The notes under the pieces are model-generated. The model was given only the letters and a program-made list of their open reading frames with translations. It did not search any database and had not been told where the DNA came from. From Planctomycetaceae bacterium (GTDB lineage: Bacteria; Planctomycetota; Planctomycetia; Pirellulales; PNKZ01), in NCBI GenBank assembly GCA_016794255.1, contig JAEUIL010000073.1, positions 1 through 38,142 of the forward strand: 38,142 nt of DNA, in the 5' to 3' direction. Made by a program: the position numbers and the translations under genes. Shown here piece after piece: positions 1 through 7,999 of this stretch. Numbering within the stretch: position 1 is the stretch's first letter; each line of letters opens with the position of its first letter.

Positions 1-36
1 CAACACCCCGACGGTTTAACGCCTTATTCGCGAGTC

Positions 37-297
37 GTGTTTGCCGTTATACTGACGGGCATGAAACCGATTGATCCGCAACGAATCGAGGTCGTCGACG
101 ATGCCATGGTGCCGGTGCTCCGGGCCATGACGATCGCTCAACGTTTGGCGATCGCCTTCGATTGCAACGAGACCGTGCGACTGCGATTGGCTGGTCACTT
201 GCAGACCCGGCATCCGGATTGGACGCCCGAGCAGATCGCACAGGAAGTGGCGCGGAGGATGCTGAACAATAGTTGGGACGAATACGTGCCGAGTTGA
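37..297 (+). CDS. small hypothetical protein (86 aa from a GTG; frame is open to position 1, so it may be 5'-truncated by the window edge; alternative ATG at 61)
   Basis: ORF with protein-like composition ending in TGA at 295-297. No stop codon lies in this frame between position 1 and 37. The helical segment 'TIAQRLAIAFDCNETVRLRLAGHLQTRHPDWTPEQIAQEVARRML' loosely recalls small antitoxin-like helical proteins, from memory only. The overlapping minus ORF 47..427 is Arg/Ser/Pro-rich shadow. Confidence 0.45.
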   Translation: MFAVILTGMKPIDPQRIEVVDDAMVPVLRAMTIAQRLAIAFDCNETVRLRLAGHLQTRHPDWTPEQIAQEVARRMLNNSWDEYVPS

Positions 298-450
298 GTG
301 ACAACAGCGACATCCGCTTGCCGCATCCCTTCAGCCGAATCGTGTGCCAGGTCGATCGGACAGGCCTCATCCCCCCTCGACGAACCGGCGTGAATTGCGT
401 TGAATAGCGATTCACCGCTTCATGCAACCCGTTAGCCCTGCGAACTCTCT

Positions 451-1122
451 ATGCCTACCGCGACCGGCGTGCGCGCCGTGGTCTTCGATCTCGATGGACT
501 GTTGGTCAACACCGAGGAACTCTATCCTCGGGTCGGCGCCGAATTACTCCGGCGACGCGGCAAGGTCATGACCGACGAGTTGCTGCATCGCATGATGGGA
601 CGACCTGCCCGCGTGTCGTTGCAGATCATGATCGACGAGCACGCTTTGGATGCGACGGTTGAACAATTGTCGCAGGAGACCGCCGAGATGTTCCCGGCCA
701 TTCTCGACGCCCATCTCGCGCTGATGCCGGGGGTCGTCGAGTTGCTCGCGGCGCTCGAACGGGCGGAGTTGCCCAAGGCGGTCGCCACGAGCAGCGGCAT
801 TCAATTCACGCGCGATGTGCTTGAACGCGTGCAATTGACGCCGCGGTTCGCGTTCTTGCTCACGTCTGAAGATGTGACCCACGGCAAGCCGGCACCCGAG
901 ATTTACGAGAAAGCCGCGGCCCGATTGCAGATTTCCCCGCGCGACATGGTCGTGTTCGAGGACAGTCACAACGGCTGCCGTGCCGCGGTCGCCTCGGGAG
1001 CGATCGCCATTGCGGTCCCTGGCGAGCACAGCAAACATCACGAGTTCCCCGGCTCACGCTTGGTCGCCAACACGCTGCGCGATCCGCGCGTCTACGAAGT
1101 CTTAGGACTCTCAGCGACTTAA
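451..1122 (+). CDS. HAD-superfamily hydrolase, subfamily IA (beta-phosphoglucomutase/sugar-phosphatase-like)
   Basis: All four HAD motifs are visible: motif I 'VVFDLDGLLVNTE', motif II 'ATSS', motif III 'HGKPAPEIY', motif IV 'VFEDSHNG'. ATG start; length of 223 aa is typical. Confidence 0.85.
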   Translation: MPTATGVRAVVFDLDGLLVNTEELYPRVGAELLRRRGKVMTDELLHRMMGRPARVSLQIMIDEHALDATVEQLSQETAEMFPAILDAHLALMPGVVELLAALERAELPKAVATSSGIQFTRDVLERVQLTPRFAFLLTSEDVTHGKPAPEIYEKAAARLQISPRDMVVFEDSHNGCRAAVASGAIAIAVPGEHSKHHEFPGSRLVANTLRDPRVYEVLGLSAT

Positions 1123-2309
1123 CTCGCCCCGAGCCCTTCGGCCAGCGCCGCTACGACCGCCGCGGGAGACTCGATCCCCACGGACAACCGAATCGTGCCA
1201 CCGGTAATGCCGAGCGCCGCTCGACGCTCGGCCGGCATCGTGCGATGGCTCGTCGACTCGGGATGGCTGAGCGTCGTCGAGAGATCGCCGAGCGATGGAC
1301 AGAACGGAATGCGTTTCGCGCGGTGCATGAACTGCTCGGTGGCCGCGAGTCCGCCGCGCAGCTCGAACGTCACCATGTGCGAGAACCGGTCGCCGCACAG
1401 GCGTCGCGCCAATGCATGATCGAGATGACTGGCGAGGCCCGGGTAAAACACCTTGGCCACCTCGGGTCGAGTCGCGAGATATTCGGCAGCGACTTGAGCG
1501 TTGGTCGAAGCCCGTTCCATTCGCAGCGCCAATGTGCCTAACCCGCGGGCTGCGAGCCAACAATCGAACGGACTCGCCGACAGACCATAGGTCGTCGACA
1601 CGACCGGCACGCGCGGCCAGACCGCCGCTTGTCCGCAGATCATGCCCAGCAGCACGTCGCTGTGACCGTTCATGATCTTGGTCAAACTCTCGACCACCAA
1701 CTGCGCGCCATGTTCCAACGGTCGGCAGATCGTCGGCCCGGCAAAGGTGTTATCAACCAGCAACGCGGCACCATGCTGGCGACCAATCTCGGCCAAGCTC
1801 GCAATGTCGCTCACTCTCAACAGCGGATTCGTGATCGTCTCGACCACGATGAGTTTCGTGTTGGGACGCAGCGCCGCTCGCACCGCGTTCAGGTCGCAGG
1901 TGTCGATCATCGAACTCGCCACGCCATAGCGGGCCAATTCGCTAGTGAACAACTGCAACGTCCGGCCGTAGATTTGATCGCTGACCACAACATGATCGCC
2001 GCTCGCAACCAACGCGAGTGCCCCGGCCGAGATGGCCGACATGCCCGAGCCGCAGATCATGGCGTGATCGGCTCCGTGCAGCTCGCGACACTTCTCGGCG
2101 AGCAAATCGGCGTTGGGATGTTTGTCGCGGCTGTAAACATAGCCGTGCTCGTTGCCCGCCAGCATCGACGCGGCCTGCGTGGGATCGTCGCATTGATATA
2201 CGGCGGCGAGATAGATCGGCGGCGAGATCGGCCGGGTCGCGCCGGGATCGACAAAGTCGGGTCGCGGGCAGAGGTCGTCGGCCCGCTCGGGCTGGGGTTT
2301 CTCAGTCAT
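1119..2309 (-). CDS. Cys/Met-metabolism PLP-dependent enzyme (cystathionine gamma-synthase / beta-lyase / methionine gamma-lyase family)
   Basis: 396 aa. Family-typical PLP-lysine motif 'SLTKIMNGHSD', 'VDNTFAGP', and C-terminal 'GGTIRLSVGIE'. The exact activity cannot be assigned by eye. Confidence 0.85.
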   Translation of the reverse strand: MTEKPQPERADDLCPRPDFVDPGATRPISPPIYLAAVYQCDDPTQAASMLAGNEHGYVYSRDKHPNADLLAEKCRELHGADHAMICGSGMSAISAGALALVASGDHVVVSDQIYGRTLQLFTSELARYGVASSMIDTCDLNAVRAALRPNTKLIVVETITNPLLRVSDIASLAEIGRQHGAALLVDNTFAGPTICRPLEHGAQLVVESLTKIMNGHSDVLLGMICGQAAVWPRVPVVSTTYGLSASPFDCWLAARGLGTLALRMERASTNAQVAAEYLATRPEVAKVFYPGLASHLDHALARRLCGDRFSHMVTFELRGGLAATEQFMHRAKRIPFCPSLGDLSTTLSHPESTSHRTMPAERRAALGITGGTIRLSVGIESPAAVVAALAEGLGAS

Positions 2310-2335
2310 GTCACGCTACTTTGCCAAGGGTGCGT

Positions 2336-2956
2336 TCAATTGCGGAAGTTGTCGCCGAAGCGATTGGCGAGCGTCGCGCGATACGCGCTCAACACGTGAT
2401 CGAGCCACGCCGGATCATCAGGCGGCAGCATGACGAGCCGCTCGCGATCGATGCCCGTGAACACGGCGCTCACCACGGGCTGCAAACTCGGATCGCTCAT
2501 GATGAGCCGTCCGGCGTTCTCGGCTGCCTCGTGGGCGATGCGCTGAAAACGATTGTCATTCGCCACCGCGGTCAGCTCGGCAGGCCACACGTTCACCACA
2601 TAGGGGACGCCCGCCTCCAGGGCCAAATGCGCAAACAGCCACGCATGTTGGGCATGCACGACGTGCGGATCGAAGTCGCGGATCTCGGCATCGAGCACAT
2701 CGCGCAAGCGATCGCGGTAGTCGAACAACTCGTGATCGCCGAACGACTCGAACCCCGTGCGGGCATTGATCACGCAATGATCGACGTTCACCGGCGAGCG
2801 GGCGTCGCCGATCGTGATGAGTCGAACGTGATGACCGTGCTGGCGCAGCTCGTCGAACAACCGGCGCGTAGTCTGTCCCGCCGCGCCGTCATCGAGCGGA
2901 GCATGGTGCGCTAGCAGAATGCGCAGTGGGGGCAACGACAGGGGGGCGGCGTCCAA
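2336..2956 (-). CDS. hypothetical protein resembling only the N-terminal (acceptor) half of a GT4-type glycosyltransferase
   Basis: 206 aa. The start 'LRILLAHHAPLDDGAAGQTTRRLFDELRQHGHHVRLIT' resembles the Glyco_trans_4 N-terminal Rossmann domain. No C-terminal nucleotide-sugar domain or EX7E motif is present. It lies 26 nt upstream of the PLP-enzyme gene on the same strand. Confidence 0.4.
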   Translation of the reverse strand: MDAAPLSLPPLRILLAHHAPLDDGAAGQTTRRLFDELRQHGHHVRLITIGDARSPVNVDHCVINARTGFESFGDHELFDYRDRLRDVLDAEIRDFDPHVVHAQHAWLFAHLALEAGVPYVVNVWPAELTAVANDNRFQRIAHEAAENAGRLIMSDPSLQPVVSAVFTGIDRERLVMLPPDDPAWLDHVLSAYRATLANRFGDNFRN

Positions 2957-3058
2957 CGTGTGCTCGCGAGTGCAGAGAGCCGAATGGTCGAGCCTCCAGT
3001 GTAGCTTGCGTTGCTCGCTGACAGCAATTGCCGCGGGTCATGTATCAGACAGACATGA

Positions 3059-3129
3059 TGTAGCCGAACTCGCCAGAGTTCGGGTGGTGGTCGTGTCAAG
3101 CCGCTCCCGAATTCTGGCGAATTCGGCTA
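3059..3129. repeat. double-hairpin palindromic intergenic element, copy 1 (REP-like)
   Basis: Left arm 3059-3083 is GTAGCCGAACTCGCCAGAGTTCGGG. A 21-nt spacer follows. Right arm 3105-3129 is CCCGAATTCTGGCGAATTCGGCTAC. The arms are near reverse complements, and each arm contains its own 8-bp stem with a 4-nt loop. A second copy is at 22606-22676. Confidence 0.85.
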
Positions 3130-3388
3130 CGTGAATGGTCACGTTCGACGCCGTGGCTCACGCATCCAAACTCACTTTGACAGCAATGCCATGACAGCGG
3201 TCTCGCGTTGGGTTTTTCGGCAAAATGGCAAAATCTTGCGCAATCGACCGAGCCCGATTAGCTGATCTAGGTCACGACTGCCGAACTATTTAAGATGTCC
3301 ACCCTTTTCGGGACACGGATGCTTTCATCGATCACGTAGCGCGAGGCTCACTCGAGTCTCGCACGCAGTCGCTTCAGCGAGGGAACGT

Positions 3389-6300
3389 ATGGCGACCACC
3401 GACCGTAAGACACGACGCAAGATCGTACTTCGTCACGCCACCGAATCCGACGCGGATACTGATTCGATCGCTACGCGACCACCCCGGCGCGGGCGCTGGT
3501 TGTCGCGGCTATTCACCTTGGCCGTGGTCGCGCTGGTGGGGCTGTATTTACTACCGCTCATCATCTCGGCTACGCCGTTGGTCAATAACTTGGTGCAGAG
3601 CGCATTGCGCGATGTGCGTGGACAGGTCACCTTGGGCCATGTGTCGCTCGGGTGGTTCTCGCCCGTGAAGATCACGAATCTCACGCTGCTCGATGCGAAC
3701 GGCAAGCCTGTGGCTCGCGCCGAGAGCGCCGCCAGTGAAAAGACTTTGCTTCAATTGGCGCTACAGCCGACCGCGCCCGGCAAGTTCCGCATCGAACGCC
3801 CGCAGGTCGAACTCGTTGTTCGCAACGAGGGAAGCAATCTCGAAGATGTGTTGGCCGCGTATCTTCAGCCCGCCACGACCGCGCATCAGGACGGCATCGA
3901 CGTGTCGATCGAAGTCGTCGAGGGGACCGTGATCCTGCGCGACGAAACGAACGGCGGTCAGTGGCAGATCGACCACTTGTCGTCGAACGTCAGCATTCCG
4001 GCGAAACCGACTTGGCCGCTCGAAGTGACCGTGCAAGGATCGCTCGACGACGCGGGAACGCAGATTCCGCTCAATGCGCAGTTGTCGCTGCAAAGCGTCG
4101 CTGGCGCGGGCGGCACTCTGGTCAGCACCGGCAAGGGAGCACTGAACGTCGAGCGGTTGCCGCTGGCGATGTTCCAGGCGCTCGCCCGTCGATTCGCGCC
4201 CGGCACGCAGTTCGTGGGTGCTCTGAAAGCGAAACTCGACGGCGAATGGGGCGTCGATCAAACCGGCCAAGCCCTGTACCGGGTCCAAGGTCAAGCGAAC
4301 CTCAGCCAGTTCGTGCTCGCGGCTCCGTGGCTCGGCGCCGATCAATTGCGCATCCAACAGCTCGATTTGCCGTGCAAGCTGAGCTGCGAAGGGGACAAGC
4401 TCGTGATCGAGCAACTCTCGGCCACCAGCGATGTGGGCCAGCTCAGTTGCCAAGGGACGATCCCTGGTCTGAAGCAACTGCTGACCGACGCGAACTCGGC
4501 CAAGTGGCTCGAGGCCATCAAGCACGCCAATGGCAAAGTCTCGGGCCAGATCGATCTGGCGCGGCTCGCGCAGTTGCTGCCCCAAACCCTGCGGGTGCGT
4601 GACGACACGAAGATCACGTCGGGCCAATTGAACGTGCAGTTGACCAGCCAAGACGATGGTGCCCGAGCTGGCTGGCAAGGGCAGATCGAAGCCTCGCGGC
4701 TGATCGCCGTGCATCAAGGCGCGCAGCTCAGTTGGGAACAGCCGCTCAAGATCAACTTGGCCGCACATGAGGTGGGCAAGCAAATTGCGGTCGATCGGTT
4801 CGAGTGTCTGTCCGACTTCTTGCAGTTGCAAGCGAGCGGCACTCCCGAGGCGTTCCGCCTGAGCGGCACGTGCGATTTGAGCCGGTTGAGCACCGAGCTG
4901 GGTCGGTTCGTGCAGCTCGACAAGCTGCGCATGGCCGGCCAGGGTCAAACCAACGTCGAAGTACAAATCGCCGCCGATGGCCAATTCCAGGCCGGAGGCA
5001 GCGCTCAGATCACGAACTTTGAACTTACCCAAGGCACGGCTCAACCGTGGACCGAGCAGCAGTTGACCATCACGGCCACGGCCGGTGGTTTGTGGCAGAA
5101 CGGACGTCCCACGGCACTCCGCACCGGTCAGGCGAGTGTCGCCTCGGGGGCGGATCGCTTGCAGTTGGTGCTCACCGGTCCGGTCGAACAGCTCGACGCC
5201 AACACGCAATGGCCGATCGATGCGCAACTCACCGGCGCGGCGGCGGCTTGGATGCGTCGTCTCTCGCCGTGGGTCGATCTCGGCAATACGCTCGTGATCG
5301 ATGGCCAAGCGCAAGTCACGGCCAAGATCGGTTACTCGCCCGCGGTGATTGACGTGCAGCAAGCGCAAGTCTTGCTCCAGCCGGCCCGCATATCGGTGGC
5401 GGGGATCGATATCGAAGACCCGGCCGCGCGGTTGAACGGCTCGGCCCGATGGATCGCGCAGCAACAGCGGCTCGAAATTCGCGATGCAACCATGGCGATC
5501 GCACCCGCTGAGCTCGAAATACAAAACACGGTCGTGATGCTCGCCCCGGGCCAAACCGGCGCCAGCGGCAAGGTCATTGTCCTGGGCGATCTCGCCAAGT
5601 TGCAGTCTCTGTGGCAAGATCGGAACAGCATTCCAAACTGGATGCTTACCGGCAAGATCGACGGAACGGGCCTGCTCAATCACACGGCAGGCGTCACGCA
5701 GTTCGATCTCAACGCGACAATCCAAGACTTGGTCGCCACGCCGCGCACCGGTCAACAGATTGTCGAGCCGGTGGTGAAACTGAGTGCCCGTGGTGGTTAC
5801 ACAGCGAATGAGGTGGCGGTCACGTTCGAGCATTGCGATCTGGCTTGCGACGCAGTCGAGTTGCAGACCGTGGGGCGCATCGATCGCTTGACCACGACGC
5901 GCGACATGCAGTTGTCGGGTCGCGTGTCGTACGATCTCAGCAAGCTGACGCGGCTGATGCTGCCGTACATTGGCAATCAGATTCAGCTCTCGGGTCGCGA
6001 GACGCATGCATTTCAACTGGCGGGCCCGCTCGTGGCGCCGTCGCAAGCTCCCGCTGAGTCGCAGGCGTTGGCGATTGCCCAGCAGTTGACCGGCAAGACC
6101 GAACTGGGTTGGCAGTGGGCGAACTTCTACGGCTTCCGCACCGGTCCCGCCAAAATTGAGGCCGAGATGGGCCGCGGTCTGTTCCGGATGATTCCGACCG
6201 AGATCGCCGTGGGCCAGACCGGCAAGTTGCGATTGGGACCCGAGGGGCGGCTGGGCCCCGGTCCGGTCGAAGTGGTGCACGCCCCGGCCAAGGTGATCGA

Positions 6301-6910
6301 AACGATCGACATCACGCCCGAGATGTGTCAGCAATGGCTCGGCTATGTCGCGCCGCTGTTGGCTGGCGTGGCCGAGGCGCGCGGCAAGTTCTCGGTCGAT
6401 TTGGATGCGTTGCGGATTCCGCTCGGCGACCTGAACAAAGGTGACGCCGCCGGTCGCATGACCATTCACGACGTCGAGATCGGCCCGGGTCCGATGATCC
6501 AGGAAATCGCCGTGCTCTTGGGCGGCGGTAGCGCGGCGAAGTTGACCCGCGAGTCGGTCGTGCCGTTCCGACTGGCACAAGGACGCGTTTATCACCAGAA
6601 CCTGGAGCTGTCGTTCCCCGACGTGACGATTCGGACGCAAGGCTCGGTCGGGCTCGATCAGACAGTGTCGATGTTGATCGAGATGCCGATGCCCCAAAAG
6701 TGGTTGGGGGCCAATCCGCTGCTGGAGAGCTTCCAGGATCAAGTGATCCGCCTACCGATTGCCGGCACGCTGCAACGACCGCAGATTGATCGGCGAGCGC
6801 TCGATCAAGTGTTGGCCGATATGACCCGAGCGGCCGCTCAGAATGCGGTTCGTCGCGAGGTTAACCAGGGCTTGGAGAAGTTGTTCGAGAAGATCCCGGG
6901 GTTGAAATAG
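3389..6910 (+). CDS. giant AsmA/TamB-like envelope protein (N-terminal membrane anchor plus long beta-rich body)
   Basis: 1173 aa. Basic N-terminus followed by a TM helix 'LFTLAVVALVGLYLLPLIISA', then 'VTLGHVSLGWFSPVKITNLTLLDANGKPV', which is typical of AsmA/TamB N-termini. Long Gln/Thr/Gly-rich region. C-terminal 'IRLPIAGTLQRPQID' resembles the AsmA-family C-terminal motif. The 993-aa antisense ORF is Arg/Leu/His-rich shadow. Confidence 0.6.
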   Translation: MATTDRKTRRKIVLRHATESDADTDSIATRPPRRGRWLSRLFTLAVVALVGLYLLPLIISATPLVNNLVQSALRDVRGQVTLGHVSLGWFSPVKITNLTLLDANGKPVARAESAASEKTLLQLALQPTAPGKFRIERPQVELVVRNEGSNLEDVLAAYLQPATTAHQDGIDVSIEVVEGTVILRDETNGGQWQIDHLSSNVSIPAKPTWPLEVTVQGSLDDAGTQIPLNAQLSLQSVAGAGGTLVSTGKGALNVERLPLAMFQALARRFAPGTQFVGALKAKLDGEWGVDQTGQALYRVQGQANLSQFVLAAPWLGADQLRIQQLDLPCKLSCEGDKLVIEQLSATSDVGQLSCQGTIPGLKQLLTDANSAKWLEAIKHANGKVSGQIDLARLAQLLPQTLRVRDDTKITSGQLNVQLTSQDDGARAGWQGQIEASRLIAVHQGAQLSWEQPLKINLAAHEVGKQIAVDRFECLSDFLQLQASGTPEAFRLSGTCDLSRLSTELGRFVQLDKLRMAGQGQTNVEVQIAADGQFQAGGSAQITNFELTQGTAQPWTEQQLTITATAGGLWQNGRPTALRTGQASVASGADRLQLVLTGPVEQLDANTQWPIDAQLTGAAAAWMRRLSPWVDLGNTLVIDGQAQVTAKIGYSPAVIDVQQAQVLLQPARISVAGIDIEDPAARLNGSARWIAQQQRLEIRDATMAIAPAELEIQNTVVMLAPGQTGASGKVIVLGDLAKLQSLWQDRNSIPNWMLTGKIDGTGLLNHTAGVTQFDLNATIQDLVATPRTGQQIVEPVVKLSARGGYTANEVAVTFEHCDLACDAVELQTVGRIDRLTTTRDMQLSGRVSYDLSKLTRLMLPYIGNQIQLSGRETHAFQLAGPLVAPSQAPAESQALAIAQQLTGKTELGWQWANFYGFRTGPAKIEAEMGRGLFRMIPTEIAVGQTGKLRLGPEGRLGPGPVEVVHAPAKVIETIDITPEMCQQWLGYVAPLLAGVAEARGKFSVDLDALRIPLGDLNKGDAAGRMTIHDVEIGPGPMIQEIAVLLGGGSAAKLTRESVVPFRLAQGRVYHQNLELSFPDVTIRTQGSVGLDQTVSMLIEMPMPQKWLGANPLLESFQDQVIRLPIAGTLQRPQIDRRALDQVLADMTRAAAQNAVRREVNQGLEKLFEKIPGLK

Positions 6911-7004
6911 GTCAACGAGTCCGCGAGGGTTACCGATCGCTTGCGGTTTCGCGCGGGGCGCGAGAAACTAGCCCTAGAGAAGCCCGCGTTCCGGATCCGC
7001 TGCT

Positions 7005-7745
7005 ATGAAGCTCGTGCTGCTTGGTTCCACCGGTTATCATCCGAACCGACGGCGGCACACGGCTTGCTTTTGTCTGCCCGAGTTGGGCGTGGTGCTCGAT
7101 GCGGGCAGCGGCATGTTTCGCCTGCGCGAGCAACTCGTCACCGACGAGCTCGACATCTTTCTCACGCACGCTCATCTCGATCACGTTCTCGGCCTGACGT
7201 TCTTGTTCGACGTGCTGCATGGTCGCACGATGCGCCGCACGACGGTGCATGCCGAGCCGGCAAAGCTCGCCGCGGTCCGCGAGCATTTGTTCAGCCCGTT
7301 GATCTTTCCGGTGCTGCCGCCGTGCGAGTTTCGCGAGATCGCGCCGGTGACGCCGCTCGCACAAGGTGGCAAGCTCACCACGTTTCCGCTCGAGCATCCG
7401 GGCGGCACGCTCGGCTTCCGACTCGATTGGCCCGATCGGTCGATGGCGTATGTCACCGATACCGTCGCGCGGCCCGATGCGCCGTATGTCGAGCAGATTC
7501 GGGGCGTCGATCTATTGGTGCATGAATGCTACTTCGCCGACGAGCATGCCGAATGGGCCGTGAAGACCGGGCATAGTTGGACCACCGCCGTCGCCGAGAC
7601 CGCCCGGGCCGCAGGAGTCGGCCGGCTGGTTCTGGTGCACGTCAACCCGCTGGACGATCGCGATGATCCGGTCGGAGTCGACGTGGCGCGGAAGATTTTT
7701 CCGAGATGCGAATTGGGACGGGATGAGATGGTGGTCGAGTTTTGA
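7005..7745 (+). CDS. MBL-fold metallo-hydrolase (RNase Z / ElaC-like small form)
   Basis: 246 aa. The metallo-beta-lactamase signature 'LTHAHLDHVLGL' comes after 'LGSTGYHPN...ACFCL...VLDAGSG'; later His/Asp ligands are at 'HECYF' and 'LVLVHVNP'. Confidence 0.8.
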   Translation: MKLVLLGSTGYHPNRRRHTACFCLPELGVVLDAGSGMFRLREQLVTDELDIFLTHAHLDHVLGLTFLFDVLHGRTMRRTTVHAEPAKLAAVREHLFSPLIFPVLPPCEFREIAPVTPLAQGGKLTTFPLEHPGGTLGFRLDWPDRSMAYVTDTVARPDAPYVEQIRGVDLLVHECYFADEHAEWAVKTGHSWTTAVAETARAAGVGRLVLVHVNPLDDRDDPVGVDVARKIFPRCELGRDEMVVEF

Positions 7746-7747
7746 AA

Positions 7748-7987
7748 GGGCGGTTAAGACAAAATCATGTCGAACAAAATCATGGTTCGCCAAACGAATC
7801 GGTGACAGGGCGGAGAAGACAGGATCATGGTGAACAGGATCATGGGAAGCACAATCAAATCGATCCTTCGACCTACAGTGATTTACTTGCGCAGGTTGAT
7901 CTCAAATCAATCTCCGGCTTTATGATCCTGTTCTTCATAATCCTGTCATCTTGTCTTTCATGATTTTGTTCCCTCGATGATTTTGTC
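7748..7987. repeat. AT-rich composite inverted-repeat array: four forward and four reverse copies of GA(A)CARRATCATG(G)
   Basis: Forward copies are at 7758-7769, 7772-7785, 7818-7830 and 7832-7845. Reverse-complement copies are at 7921-7933, 7936-7947, 7959-7971 and 7976-7987. The left arm also contains a 38-nt direct repeat (7748-7785 vs 7808-7845, period 60). The array fills the gap between the convergent genes ending at 7745 and 8000. Confidence 0.85.
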
Positions 7988-7999
7988 AATCTCCTCGAC

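Noticed and set aside
2336-2956. Truncated glycosyltransferase pseudogene.
   Set aside because: No frameshifted continuation of a GT C-terminal domain is visible downstream, because the next 26 nt lead into the PLP-enzyme gene. The ORF is intact with a normal start and stop. It may be a stand-alone domain protein, and pseudogene status cannot be supported.
3218-3233. Tandem GGCAAAAT GGCAAAAT in the 2957-3388 spacer, superficially similar to the ACAAAAT core of the 7.75-kb motif.
   Set aside because: There are only two 8-mers, without the ATCATG half of the motif. This is too short to distinguish from chance.
3761-6742. 993-aa ORF on the minus strand, and similar long opposite-strand ORFs: 10033..11523, 12768..14453, 15416..16801, 19691..20917, 21017..22063, 31320..32276, 35688..37205, 1629..2399, 2018..2914.
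   Set aside because: All lie antisense to ORFs that carry unambiguous family motifs (kinase, PAS/HK, CxxCH domains, sialidase Asp-boxes and others). Their translations are Arg/Leu/His/Gly/Pro-rich with poly-R runs and no motifs. That is the usual stop-codon-poor shadow of GC-rich coding DNA.
7742-7963. 73-aa ORF ('...NHVEQNHG...QDHGEQDHG...FMILFFIILSS') spanning the AT-rich spacer.
   Set aside because: It is the repeat array read in one frame and starts inside the stop codon region of the upstream gene. Its composition is unlike the neighbouring genes and it has no SD. I treat it as a non-coding repeat.
7748-7987. Possibility that the short repeats form a CRISPR array.
   Set aside because: The repeat units are only 12-14 bp, occur in both orientations, have irregular 0-32 nt gaps and no unique spacers of uniform size. 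No cas genes are in the window.
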